Source: the human T2T-CHM13v2.0 reference genome, Homo sapiens. From it: a DNA stretch of 64,000 nucleotides. The notes under the pieces are model-generated. The model was not told the DNA's origin. It saw only the letters and a list, made by a program, of their open reading frames with translations, and searched no databases. Below are positions 50,931 through 64,000 of the stretch, piece after piece. Each line of letters begins with the position of its first letter. Position 1 is the stretch's first letter. Location of the stretch: NCBI RefSeq assembly GCF_009914755.1, contig NC_060941.1; one strand, given 5' to 3'. Position numbers and translations under genes: made by a program.

Positions 50931-53689
50931 TCAACTTCATGTGGCAGCAGGCCACTATGCCAAATGACTAGTCATCCAAATGTCCAATCTGCCAAAAGAA
51001 ACAAGTTCACTAGAATCTTGCTTTTTATAATCATTTAAAAAGTTTTCAGCTATCTGTGTTGAATGAAAGAATTTTAATAACCTTGGAAGATTTCTATGGA
51101 ATTGTAGTCATATACTTTTCATTTATTTACTTTGGCTTCCTCACAATAGATGGAGGTTTCTGGGAAGAAAAAGGGACTCTCTGCTAAGGAAAGACAGTTT
51201 CAGATCAGCACACAGCTCAGCGTGGTAGTGGGACTAAAGGCACATGTGGTGGAAATTGGGGGGTGGGTGGGGAGGCTGGAGGCAGAAACTGGGGAGAATG
51301 ACGGGTGAGAGGAGTCTGAAGGTTCCAGAACACTGGAGCCCCAGCTCCCCACAGCCCTGCTGAGCCTGCTCTTCCACCCCGTGAGATGACAAAGCGACTA
51401 TTCAGATGAGTTGGTTGCAACAGCTTGTCAGAGTTTTATCTCAAACTTGCCAATTAAAAGAGCTACTTCCATGAAAGCCAGTTCTGAGATTTCTTCTGTG
51501 GTAGAGACATCAGAAGCAGGAGAAGGGTGTCTAAGCCACACTGTTAGATCAGGTGTGATGAAGGAATGTGTGGTGAAAAGGCACCGAGGGAACAGTGCTG
51601 GAAAAATCTAACCTCCCCCAAGGGCTGTAGATCATGTCACACAAAACAGTTCTCCATTCTGTCACAGACAAGGTGTGGGACAATTTTCTCTCACAAAGAG
51701 TTGCAGTAAAGACCACAGCTAAAAGAAACAAGGCGTGTGTGGGGGCGGGGGGCGGTGTGCGCCTGCGAGTTCTAATTTGGTAACTTTGGTGGAGTGGGTC
51801 GTTTGATGAATTGGTTATTGGGTGTGTTGATAGGAGGGTTAGTTACTGTGAGGCTTTCCTAAAAGTGCTTGCAAATGAAGGGATCAAGATCTCTCTTGAG
51901 GAATCAAACTATAAAATGGGAGGTAGGCAGAGAGGAGTGTCATTTAGCCGTGAAAGCAAGACCAAAGGAGAGGCTCCAGGCCAGCGTTCATCTCCTGGGG
52001 AGAGGAGTCTTAAACAATGAACTTCAGGTGTCACGACCAGTCGGCTGGGCATGTGCAAGGTGGAGACGGAAGCAGGGCTCAGCTGATGGATTTCTAGTAT
52101 TCTTGTTCTGTGCTCAGACCTTCCCTATTGGGAGGCAGATGCACCCGCCGACCTTCGTTGATGCAGTTAAACATTTACTCCATCCAGCTGCCCTTGTTCT
52201 GATTGAAAACGTGCCAAGCATCCTTCTGGTTATAATCTGGCCTGCCAGGTAGATCTGGATGATGTCAATGAGCCGGCCCTCTGGAGTTGCCCCTCCATTT
52301 TCTGTGCTCAATAAGTGAGCAGAGAAGGATCTACTCTCAGGGTGCTGACAAAATCAAGTGTGTGACCAAGCCCAGAATGGGGATACGTTCCAGAATGCAG
52401 TGAGTACCTACCTGAGCTCCCTGCCTGCCTGCCCTGGGGAGCCTCTACCCTCACTTGCCCCTCATTGAATATAGTGCTTGCATCTACTTCTGCAGTTTCT
52501 AACACAGGACTGTGGTTTGGGGTTACCCACCCATCTCCCTCCCAGCCTCCAGACAAGTACACACAGTAACTTATTCAAGTTTGTATCTCTGGCACCTGGA
52601 ACCCTGCAAGGCTGTGGGCTAGCTGAGAACAGTTCCTGGTGCATGGCAGGCCCTAAATAAAAATGTATGCAATGGATGGATGAATGCACCATCTAGCCAT
52701 TCTTTAGCCCACTCTTGGTGGTCGAGCCCTGGCTTACCCACCATGAAGCATTTGTGGGTACCTTCAGAGCCTGCTGATGGCTTTCAGAATTCCTGTGACC
52801 TTTCTCTTGGTTCTCCTCAGTTGGGAGGATCTTCAAATCTCTTCTGTCCCGTATCCTGCACTATGCAGGCTTTGGAATCAGCCACCCTTGGGGTCTAAAG
52901 CCAGGTTATTGACCTTTACCTATCTGTACCAGCTCAGCTGCTGCTTCTGTGAAATGAGAATTATAATGCGAACCATACCGGAGACCGGGTAGGTTTTCTA
53001 AGAGTCCCTCGGGCTTTGCTGTGAGGAAGAAGAGGCATGAGAAGGTAAATATTCTTCAGAATCTTCTGCTGAACAGTCCTGAGATACAAACTCCTCCTGC
53101 CCCACTGCAGCCTCCCCTCCACCCCGCTCCTGACCCGGGACACTTCGAGCTGTGCTCCTGCAGAGAATCAAAGGGGCTCTATATTTGCCTCCCTTCTTCC
53201 CCTCCCCTCCTCCCAGGCGCCTCTGAGGTGAGCCAGCTTGACCTGACAGCTTCAGAGCCTGTCTTCTGGCTAGGGAGGGAGCTGACACTTCCATCTGGAG
53301 CCAGGAGCAGGATGTGAGCTCTGCACAAAGAAGATCCGTCCCTGAAACCCTGCTCCCCGCCTCCTCCACAGCACAGCAGCTGGCTTCCTGGGGAATCAAG
53401 TGACAGCCAGACTCCAGGGAACCGAGCTAGCAAGACCGAATTCTGGGGGGGTGATCCACAGTGACAGAAGAGGCTTTGGCGTGGATAGCTCAGCAGGGCA
53501 GCAGGGGCAGGGCCAGTTAACCCACAGAGGGACAGACAGTCTCAGGACTGTGGCCTCCTGCTCTGCTCCAATGGGCACCGTCAATTGTCTCATAATTCCC
53601 TGCTTCTATTAGCATTCAGGACCTGAAAATGACCTTCTTTTGCTGTTTTCCTGACCACAAGGTGGATTCTGCCCATCAGGGCCTCCCTT

Positions 53690-54140
53690 TACCTTGGCAC
53701 ACAAGGGCCTCCATCCTGGGGCACCCTCCCACCTGCCCCACCCCTCCAACCTAACTACTTGCCATTTCCCAAATACATCGTGCAGTGCCTGGTGTCTATC
53801 CTGTGGTTCATGCTGCTTCCTCTGCCTGCAATATCCTTTCCCTGCAATAGCCTCTTCCACCCAGCAGACGCCTCCTCACTCTCTTGGCTCAGCTCTAAGT
53901 CATATCCCCTAGGGAAGCTTACCAGGATGCTGCAGTCAGATGGAGTGTCTCCTCCTGGGCCCCCACAGCCCCTGTACTTCCTTCTGTGACAGCAACAATC
54001 CCACAGCAGTGGAACTGCTTACCTGCCTGAGCTCCTGGAGGGCAAAGATGCCATGTGCTTCCTAGTTCTGAATCTCAAGCTCCTAGCACAGAGCATGGTG
54101 GGAAAAAAAAAGTGCTCAACAAATACATGCTGAATTTAAC
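53690..54140 (+). mobile_element. L2 3' fragment
   Basis: ctgagctcctggagggcaaag...cctagcacagagcatgg...gtgctcaacaaatacatgctgaat. Confidence 0.7.
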
Positions 54141-54239
54141 TAAATTTGGTAGAAGGTTCATTTTCCCACCAGCTCTCACAGCTCACAGATTAGGATTCCA
54201 CTGGAATGTATATACATACTAAATCATGTGTATCTAGTT

Positions 54240-57200
54240 TTTTTTGGGTAGTGGATTTATTGAGATTGAATTTCTATAACCATACAATTCACCCATTTAA
54301 TTTCAAGTATACAATTCAATGTTGTTTGTACATTCACAGACTTGTGTAATTATAACCACAATCAAGTTTAGAACATTTTCATCTCCTCAAAAAGAAACTC
54401 ATACCCATCAGCATTCATTCTCCATTTACCCCCTTCCCCCATTCCCTGGTAATCACTCATCTATTTTCTGGTCTCCATAGATATATCTGTTCTGGACGTT
54501 TCATATAAATGAAATCATACAATATGTGCTTCTTTGTGACTGGCTTCTTTTACTCGTATATAATGTTTTCAAGGGTCATTCATCTTGTAGCGTGGATCAT
54601 TGCTTCATTCTTTTTTATTGCCAAATAATATTCCACATTTTATTTATCCACTCACCTGTTGATGGACTTTTGGGCTGTTTCTACTTTTTGGTCATTATGA
54701 ACAGCTTGCTTTTTTTAATGCTAAGATATTTTTTATTTTAAAATAATGTCAAATTTACAAACAAATTTTGTAAGAATAGTAACAAAGAACTTTTTTCCTT
54801 TAACCATGTGAGAGTAAATGGCTGGCATGATGTCCCATCACCACTGGCAACTCCAGGTACACACAAACATACAAATAATACTTGTGTGTACTCTCCTACA
54901 TAATCATAATACAACCATGAAACTAGGAAATTAACATTGATTCATTCCTTCTGGATAATCCATGGACCCATTCAAGTTTCACCAGTTGTCTCAATGATGT
55001 TCTTTAGAGCAAAAGATGCAAGCTAGGATCATGCATTACGTCTTATTGTCATGTCTCATTAGTGACCCTCAATCTGGAATAGTTCATCACCCTCACTGAC
55101 TTTCATGACCTTAGCACTTTGGAAGATTATAGGCACATTATTTTTCAAAGTCCCTGATATGGTTCGGCTGTGTCCCCACCCAAATCTCATCTTGAATTGT
55201 ACTTCCCATAATCCCCATGTGTCGGGGTGGGACTAGATGGGAGGTAGTTGAATCATGGGGGTGGTTACCCTCATGCTGTTCTTCTGATGTGAGTGAGTTC
55301 TCACAAGATCTGATGGTTTTATGGGGGCTTTTCCACTTTTGCTTGGCACTTCTCCTTCCTGCCACCGTGTGAAGAAGGACGTGTTTGCTTCCCCTACCAC
55401 CATGATTGTAAGTTTCCTGAGGCCTCCCAGCCATGCTGAACTGTGAGTCAATTAAACCTCCCTCCTTTATAAATTACCCAGTCTCGGGTATTTCTTCATA
55501 GCAGTATGAAAATGGTCCCTCAGCTTGGATTTTCTGATGTTTCCTCATGATTAGAGTCAGTCTGTGCCTTTTAGCAGGAATATTACAGAAGAGAGGCTGT
55601 GCTCTTATCATTGCATCTTATTAGGTGATACACAATTTCTGTTTGTCCTGTTAGTAGTGATTTTTCACTTTGATCACTTAATATGCTAGGTTGTATCAGG
55701 ACAATTTTACTCTTTTTTTTCTTCGTGATTAATAAATATATTTTGGGGAGATACTTTGAGACTATGTATACAAATATCCACTCCTCATCAAACTTTCACT
55801 CACTAAGTTTAGCATCAGTGAATACTCCCTAGCTGAATTGTTACTCTCATGGTGCTAACTGGTGATTTTCTAGTCGCATCTTTTCTCCTACACTTATTAG
55901 TTGTTATTTTATTCTAAGGGAAATTTATTTTTTTATATTAGTATGGATTTGGGAATTATTATTTAAAGAATTATAATTGGTTATTGTCACTATTTATTTT
56001 TATATTTAAATACGCCCTGATTTAGTCAGTGGGAGCCCCTCAAGGTGGCTTCTGTGTCCCTTCAACACATCCTCATCAGTTCTTGAGCATTTTTTTTTCT
56101 GGCACAAGATATTCTAAGCTCCTCTTATTCTTTGCCTGCCCAAGGTCCAAAGTCATCCATTTCTCCAAGGAGTTTTGGCTTCTTTTTAGTGGAGAATGGT
56201 TTTTAGAAATGAAGATATGGATACTAGATGTGCTCATTGGTATTGGGATATCACTTCTCTTAGGCCCTCTCAATGGACAGAGCTAAAAAATACACACGTG
56301 CACAACATTCTCTCTCTCTCACACATACACTACATAGATACGTATTTATACACATTCATACCCACATTTACATCCATATATATATAAACATGTGTTGAAA
56401 ATCATAAATTCATCTTAACACCTTTAATTCCAATCCAACACCACAGAGTTCATTCCTATGTTCCTTTTTTCCATATTTGTAACTCCTTCTCAGACAGTGA
56501 GAGTCCTGACTCCCATTATCCTCAATATATTTGCTTATAGAATGAACCCAAATGTGTAACCCATCTCCCATCACCTTTGGGGACCCTCACATGGACACTC
56601 TCCTTACCCTGATTTGACTTTAAAATCCCACATGAGGCCACAGTTGTCACCACCCCTCCCATGTAGATGCTCCCTTTAGCTCCCTCTGGCTCCAACACAT
56701 TATGCTCCACTGCATCCCCTCACCAGGATGCTGCTCCCATGTGGACACACTCCTCACCTTCCTTGGACTCTAACCCCCTGTGCCACACCATGTAAGCACT
56801 CGTAAATACTCTCTTTACACTGCTTGGGCTCTGACACCCACCCTGGGTTGCTGCCACCTGCCCCCCATAAGGACACCATTCTTCTCTCAGTCTCTGATAT
56901 CCTAGCCTGGACTGATGCCACCAATGCCACTGCCTCCCCAGCCTACCCCAACATAGACATCTACCTTGCTCATCAAAAAGGTGGGGTTCTTAGTTTTTTT
57001 AGGCTTTTCACAGCTGGGATTTTGTGGACTGCATCTCCACAGTGTCCTTAAATATGTTTTTCCTTCTCCTTCACAAGAAATTGATCGTTAAATCTAGATG
57101 TTTCATAACATTCAGGTTCAGTTTCTTGGCAATAAAACTTCATATGTAGTGCTGTGTTCTTCCACCAGATAGCACATGATAACCGATTATCCATCATTTC

Positions 57201-58260
57201 ATTAAGAGTTGGAAAATGATGTTACTCTGTTTCTCATTCTTCGTACGAAGAGCTCCTCCTTCTCATCAACCATTCATTTATTTTGTGGTTCATGTAGGAA
57301 AAGCAGGTACTTGATTCTTTCGCCTTATTTTCTAGTTTTTAAAATTATGAATAGGTTCCCTAACATCTTCCAAGAGTGATCAATGAGTGATTTTTCTTTT
57401 GCCTCTTAAAAAATATTATGAACTCATGGATTGAAATATATTTGATGTGTTTCAGTCCAGTGCATTTATTTTTACTGATGATCAAATTGTCTTATCTTTG
57501 GCTAGTAGGAACCTCTTCAAGTTGCTACTCCCTAGTAATCTTTGATGGCTTCTGATATAACAAGATGTTCTAGGTTCATCTTGTATGTGTTGTACCCCCA
57601 AACTGGAAACTGTCATTTCTCCAAAAAGCCCAAATCCCCATTTGGGGGGTAACAGTACTTAGAGGCCATAAGCTGGTGTTCATTGTTACTGGGTTGGCTA
57701 TTGTTCCATAGTCTTTTTGATGGAATAAAAAATAATCAGACCATGGACAGAACTAGAAAATAATGACATATCTCTTGAATTCATATTGATACTACCAATT
57801 CAGATTCAGGATTACAGAGCTTATCCTTAGCTTCAACAGTCTTACATCTGTATATCCTTTCTTTCACACTGAAAATCAAAATTCCCAATGAAAGCAACAT
57901 AATTATTCGCTTCCTTTATGGCACTATATATCCAGTAGTCTCAGATTAACAATACCAGCGCTGTCATCACCAATGTGCGTATATTGATAAACAGTTCTAG
58001 AATTTTTCGCAGTTATTTTTATTAGGCTATATCACACTTGGGATGATAATCAAATTAATTTGTCTTTAAATTGCTTGAAATAGTTCTTTCTGTGTAATTA
58101 TGCTACAATACCAATTAACACATAGATTACTCTTTTTAATTTTGCTTTCATGATTTAGGCTTTTTAGAAAAAAATTTATGGATTACTTTGTAAAAATAAT
58201 TTTATTTTACAACTGTAAGGATATTTGCATGGTTCCAGTGACATCTACAAAACAAGATAT
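54240..58260 (-). mobile_element. Old L1 3'-end fragments (L1MB/L1MC-like), nested
   Basis: catacaattcacccatttaa...tacaattcaatg; gatattctaagctcctcttattctttgcctgccc...ttctccaaggag. Approximate. Confidence 0.7.
55155..55514 (+). mobile_element. THE1 (MaLR) solo LTR, TSD GTCCC
   Basis: tgatatggttcggctgtgtccccacccaaatctcatcttgaattgt...ttcatagcagtatgaaaatg. Confidence 0.95.
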
Positions 58261-59340
58261 CTTAAAAGAGATCTTCAAATTCCCTCTATTAGAATTTGAA
58301 CAGTTCCTAAACATGCCCAGAGTATTGTAGGCACCAGAATCTTAATGTTCTGCAATATCAACACTCCACCGATTCTCAGTTCTTCATATCAGTATGAAGA
58401 TATGATATAATTCAAATACAGGCTTTGTCCTGTAACAAAGACCCTAAAATAGCAATAATATAGAATTACCACTTAATATTTCAAGTATAAGCTCTCTAGG
58501 GCTGATGTGATGGCTCCGAAAGGATCTTCTTTCTCCAGTACTCTCAACACATGGCGTTCATCCTGTAATCAAGACAGCTGCGCCGGATTCTGCCCTCCCA
58601 GCCCCACGCCGGCCAGCAAGGAGAAAAGGGGACGGGAAGGCCAATTCTCTGGAAGGGCAGGACCTAGAAGCTGCACACACAACTTCCATTTATATCCCAC
58701 TGATAGCCAAATCTATCTCTTATGAATTCTGCCTTGGTTTCTACAATGAAAAAGGCATTTTCTGGTTGAGTTGAGATACATATTCAGCTTTATTTTCTAC
58801 AGTTCTTTTCTTATCGTATTTTCCTTTTACATGTAAAAGTTTTGTTGAGTAGTATCAGGGAACTAAGGCTGTTTTTTTTTCTTCCAAATTGCCAATCAGC
58901 AGGGTCAGACTTGGGACAGGTGGCATTGCATTGCACACCCAGATGATCAAGATTGTCTAGAACGATTTCAAGTTTTTGTCAATGGTGGTTGAGCACTTAT
59001 ACAAACCAGGCTTCCAGTCAGCATCTAAAGAGATGAAGATAGAAAAGACCCACCCAATTCTTGCTTTTAAAGGGCATAGAATCAGGGAGGTAAATCACAA
59101 GCAAGTCAGCACCATTGAGTAGACTCCATGCCGGGATTGTGTGGAGGGAAGAGCACACAGACAAACATCACAAAGAAAGTCACACTTGAACCAGGAAAGA
59201 CCAGGGGTATTTTCCAGGTAGACATATGAGGGAGGAGCTTTTCAGGGCACATTGCTTAAATCCTCTGAGCTCTAGTTTCTTCACCTAGAAAATACAGCGG
59301 TAGTGCCTCCTTCATTGACTTGTTAGAATTCAGGGAAGGG

Positions 59341-59555
59341 GGCCAGGCGCGGTGGCTCCCACCTGTAATTCCAGCACTTTGGGAAGGCAAGGTGGGTGGA
59401 TTGCTTGAGCCCAGGAATTCAAGACCAGCCTGGACAACATAGCAAAACCCCATCTCTATCAAAAATACAAAAATTAGCCAGTCTCATAACCCAGTCTCAA
59501 AATAAATAAACTGATTTTAAGATACTTTTTAAAAGAAAATTAAAAAAAAAAAAAA
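59341..59555 (+). mobile_element. Alu left monomer with atypical 3' segment
   Basis: ggccaggcgcggtggctc...aaaattagccag then tctcataacccagtctc and an A-rich tail; TSD agaattcag(g/a)ga. Confidence 0.85.
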
Positions 59556-62500
59556 GAATTCAGAGATGGGACCTGGGTAAGTCTTCTCCTGTGTTTCTGG
59601 TGCAGCAGTGGATTAACATAAGGGACACTCCTTCACCTTCCCTGGTAGGAGATGCCAGCAGCCCTGGTGAAACGACTCCTCTACCCTTCCTTCTCTGAGC
59701 CTGAGTAGGTGGGATTTCCAAACAGCTCAAGGCTTCATGGAGGAAGAGCACTGAAGTGGAGCCACACAAAACTTCCTATACCTGGGTAGGGGTGAGGGCT
59801 AAGAGGAAGCTGGAATTGAACCTCGTCGCCTTCATAGTTTCCACAGGAGCGAGACCCAGCCTTTTGCTGCAAAACTGATTTTGGAGTGGAAGATCCAGGT
59901 GGCAGAGCCATAGCGGCCATGTAGCTAATTCACTGCATGACTTTAGGCAAGTCGTTTCCCCTCATTTGAGAATTGATTCTTCTAGCTCCAGGACATCCAG
60001 AGCATCCTCTGGCCCTGAGCCAGTCCAGGGATGAAGATGGGGAAAGCGGAACGTACACCTTTAAGGCCGTCATCCCACCCTTAATGGAGTCCACATGCCA
60101 GCTGTCCCATTGCCAGGTCCTCAGGCCAGCAGTTGCCATGGTGTGTGGACTCAGAAGGCATGTTGCTATAATAAAATGTGTTTATTTGAATACGAAGGTC
60201 AGGGAGTTAAGTAGTTGGTATTCCAGTCGTATAGAGTCGTTTGCACAGTGTCACTAATAATTAAAGAGGGTTTTGACTAATCTAGTTGCTCTTCCTAAAT
60301 ATACTCTGCTCAAGAAACTCATCAAAGCAGCAAAGTAATCTTTGAGGTTATTAATCTCCTCTGCTTCACAGCTGGGGCAAATTTATTTGCTTGAATTAGC
60401 ATGTAATAAACTTATAATAAAGCTGCCAGAGCCCCAGCTTGGGAGAGATCGGCTCCATGTAATGGGTAGTTACATCTAGGAAATGGGGCGCTAGTCCCTA
60501 GGCCACTGCTGCAAGCCTGCTGGGGCTGGGGGCCTCCCCCAGGGGCCACACAGAGAGGGGCCACCAGGCATGGGAGAACCTGAGATGGAGCCGAAGGGAG
60601 CTTTGCAGACTGGTGACTCTACCTCCTCATCTCTGCCCCTCCCCATTGCACAGGTGAGGAAACTGAGGCTCAGAGAATGGAAGGATGTGCCTGACATTGA
60701 GAAGAGGGCAACTCTGGGAGCCCAAGTTAGAATCCAGGCGGGAGGCATGGCTGCCCATCCACCCCTGCCCAGGGGTTGGCAGTCCTCACGGTCGGGAGTT
60801 TTCCACCCAGGTTCTACTAAGGACCCCTGTCTGTGTCCCTTACTTCCCTTTTATCTGCCCCTCTACCTGTCTTTTCCTTACACTACAACTCCACCAAGAC
60901 TTGTTTGCCTTCCCTGCTTCTCCATTTTCCAAGGAATTGCTGCCCCTCTGCCCTGTCTGGAGGCCTGTCTGGGCTGTCTGTGTGCTTCCTGGCTGCAGCA
61001 GCCTTGTTGGTCCCTGATCTGTCGGCATGCGGAGAGTCTGCAGGAGGGACTCTGCAGTGTCTTCTGAGCCTTGGCATACAGAGGAGCCATCAGGCTGGGT
61101 GATGGGCAGCCTCGGGTGGGGGCCTGAGAGTTTCTTCTACTTCTCCTTTTCCTTTCTCCTTTCTTCCTGCCCCTAGGAAACCAGCTCCATCTGGTCTTTG
61201 AGATTTGCTTCTGGAGTTTGAGGCTGGGGAGATATTGTCCTGATTCCCATCTGGGGTGGGAGTGGTAGGTATGGGTGCTGGTAGACCCTCTCTTCTTAAA
61301 GGGGAGCAGCTACAAGACAACAACCATTCTCGCCACCTTGCATAGCATTGCTTTGAAGGATTATACCAAAAATAGCCTATTCCATGAAGTGAGGACAGGA
61401 GAAAAAGAAGAAGATAAAGAGGACAGGCAACACCATCCTACCTCTTACATAGCCATGCTCCTCATCCCCCAATCCCATCCTCCAGCTCCTTATCCCCTTC
61501 CCCTCATCCCCCATTCTTTTATCCTCTCATCTCCCTACCCCATCCTCCCCTATCCCTTCATCCCCCATCTCCCATCCCCCCAGCCCCTTGTCCCCTTTTA
61601 CTTATAGTCTTTGGAGGAGAATAGAAGGGGAAGCAGGAGAAGAGCGGCTTCCTGGAGTTCTTGCAGACCCTGAACCTTGCTTCAGACACCTCTAGGACAC
61701 CAGCATGAGGGATGCCTTCCAGCAAAGCTTACACCTGCAGCATTCCCAAAGTCACAGACATTTCTTCTCAAGCAATGGATAATAAAAATAGAGTAACTCA
61801 TCACCGGAGTCTTGAAACTCTAAACACTGAGAACCACCTATCCGGGTCAAGTTCTCTCTTTTTTTGAAGGTCAGAGAGAATAAGTGACTTGCCTAAAATT
61901 ACACAGCTACTAAGCTCAGGGCCAACAGTGGAACCAGGCGTTCTAACCCCCTCTTGGGAGTCTCCTCCCACCATGCCAAGCAGCCTTAGACAGGGGCACA
62001 TGATGAGAGTCCCCTCCTTGCCAACCAACATGTTGACCTATATTCCAGGACCTGGATGGCTCCCTAGTTTTCCAAATCATTTACTCAAGGGCCCTCAAAC
62101 CCCTTCTTCCCATTCAATTTCCTCATTACTCCTTAAAAGTGATAGTCTAAGAGGTGCCTTATCTTGGAGTCTTTATGCCTGGCACAGCTCATAGAAGCAC
62201 AACATAGACTATGTGGTATGGTAGAACTAGACCTGGCCTGTGAGGTGCCTGGTGCTAAAATTTAGGACAAACCCAATGGTAGGTGCTGTTGGAGGAAGAA
62301 GAGTCTGGCAGGAAGAACATAAAACCTGGTGGATAGCACAGATATCATCCTGGTGGTGCTTAGCATCGGGGAGCCCCATTCATTGGGGACAGGTTGCCCC
62401 AGCCCATGGACAAAACTCTTGCTCCATAACTGCCCACACAGACGAGCTAAGTTCACATCTTCACCATCATCAAGGTGGTCTAGGTCAGCTCAGCCAGGAG

Positions 62501-63363
62501 GGTTCTCCCCACCACCCTTCACAGTCCTCTGATTCTACCCGGAAGCTAAGGAGCAAATAATTTTAGCCCTTTCTTGGTGGAGATGGCAACGGCTGGATCC
62601 TAGCTAAGGTATCAGAGGTGTCAGTGTCAAAGGAATGGCAGAATGGCCTAAACTTACCCTATGGTGATAAAGTCATTAAGAAAGGAGGCAGGAGCTAGAG
62701 AGGCCTTCAATTATTTTTCATCTCCCAAGCTTTCTGTGGAAACCCTTGGTGAGATCCTTATTTTCTTCGACAAAGGAGTTTTGGGAATGAAGTGGAAAAG
62801 AATAGAGTCTGCCTTCACAAGAACTAGTTAAACAAGTCTTTGTGGAAGAGAAAAATCGTCAGAGGAGGGTGAACCCAGACTCAAGTCAGGAGAGCTTGAA
62901 AAAACACACAAAAACCATGTTGTCCACAACCTGAAGGGCTTCTGAGCTGTCGTGGGAGCAAGAAGAATCTGCCAACTGGAGCGGATGGTGACATGGGACT
63001 GGGTGGTAAGGAGGAAGCAGAAACACCTCACCTCTTCACTGAGTTCCAAATGTCTGTATCACAGAGGACGGTCTTCAAACACAAAAGGGTCAATCAAACA
63101 CAGTTAAGAGAGAATAGATCCATTCCTGGAATTCTGTCTAAAGGAAGGAATCTTCAGTAGGAAAAAAGGCATGCACAAATTATTGCAGTGTTGTTTAATG
63201 AAAAATTGGAAACAAATAAAAGGAAGGCCCCAAACAAGAGACAATTTAAGCAATCTACAGAGCGTCCAGTCTATGGACTCTTACAAAGCAATCAAAATGC
63301 CTCCAGACTTTGTAAGAGCCTGGAAACTACATGCTGACATGTTAAGTAAAAAATAAATAAACA

Positions 63364-63660
63364 GGCCGGCGCGATGGCTCACGCCTGGAATCCCAGCAAC
63401 TTTGGGAGGCCGAGGTAGGCGGATCACCTGAGGTCAGGAGTTTGAGACCAGCCTGGCCAACATGGCAAACCCCCAGCTCTACTAAAAAAAAAAATAAAAA
63501 ATTAGCCAGGCATGGTGGTGCACACCTGTAATCCCAGCTACTCAGGAGGCTAAAGCAGGAGAATCGCTTGAAACTGGGAGGTGGAGGTTGCAACGAGCCA
63601 AGATGGCGTCACTGCACTCCAGCCTAGGTGACAGAGCGAGACTCCATCTCAAATAAATAC
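63364..63660 (+). mobile_element. Alu (AluS-like) within an old L1ME 3' fragment
   Basis: Full-length dimer. Confidence 0.93.
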
Positions 63661-64000
63661 AAACATGCATAAATTATTAAATAACAGGAGGTAAATTTGC
63701 TTAGACAGTTCACACTCTATTATGAGCATGTACTACTTTTTATTTTATTACCTTTATGTGAGAAAAACTGTGGCATATGATATTTTGAAAATCTTTATAA
63801 GATATATTTAAATTATATTATCATATGTTTAAGCAGTCTAACACAGACTACACCTAGAAAATAGGTGGAGGGTACACTAAATTATAAGTCAGGTAATGTC
63901 TCAGAGGTGGATATTTCCTAAATTTTCTACAAAGAATACATCTTTATTGTATTATATTGGGGAAAAAATCTCAAAAGTTTTATTTCAGGAGAGAAAGAAG

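Overview
Primate (very probably human) genomic DNA containing the 3' end of MSI2 (Musashi-2 RNA-binding protein) on the + strand. The first ~20 kb is the distal part of a long intron. It is followed by the penultimate coding exon (two acceptors 54 nt apart, 20174/20228-20382), the stop-codon exon (22243-22315, GPLIATAFTNGYH*), a 3'-UTR intron, and a ~5.1-kb terminal 3'-UTR exon (24805-~29945). The remaining ~34 kb is repeat-rich intergenic DNA (Alu, L1M, L2, MIR, THE1/MLT1 LTRs, hAT DNA transposons). None of the other listed ORFs is credible. The most interesting unexplained structure is in the intron. There are two candidate 3-nt microexons (ATT at 1232-1234, GAG at 19263-19265), each near nested acceptors that would give premature stops. 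The first has a hairpin-enclosed cluster of six Musashi GUAG motifs just downstream. Either microexon alone keeps frame, but both together create TGA. This suggests a possible splicing/NMD autoregulatory circuit, which is inference only and untested. Also notable are an intronic CCAAT/GC-box/RFX promoter-like element next to a ~95-bp ancient duplication, and a triple tandem repeat with an inverted fourth copy at 44.2-44.7 kb.
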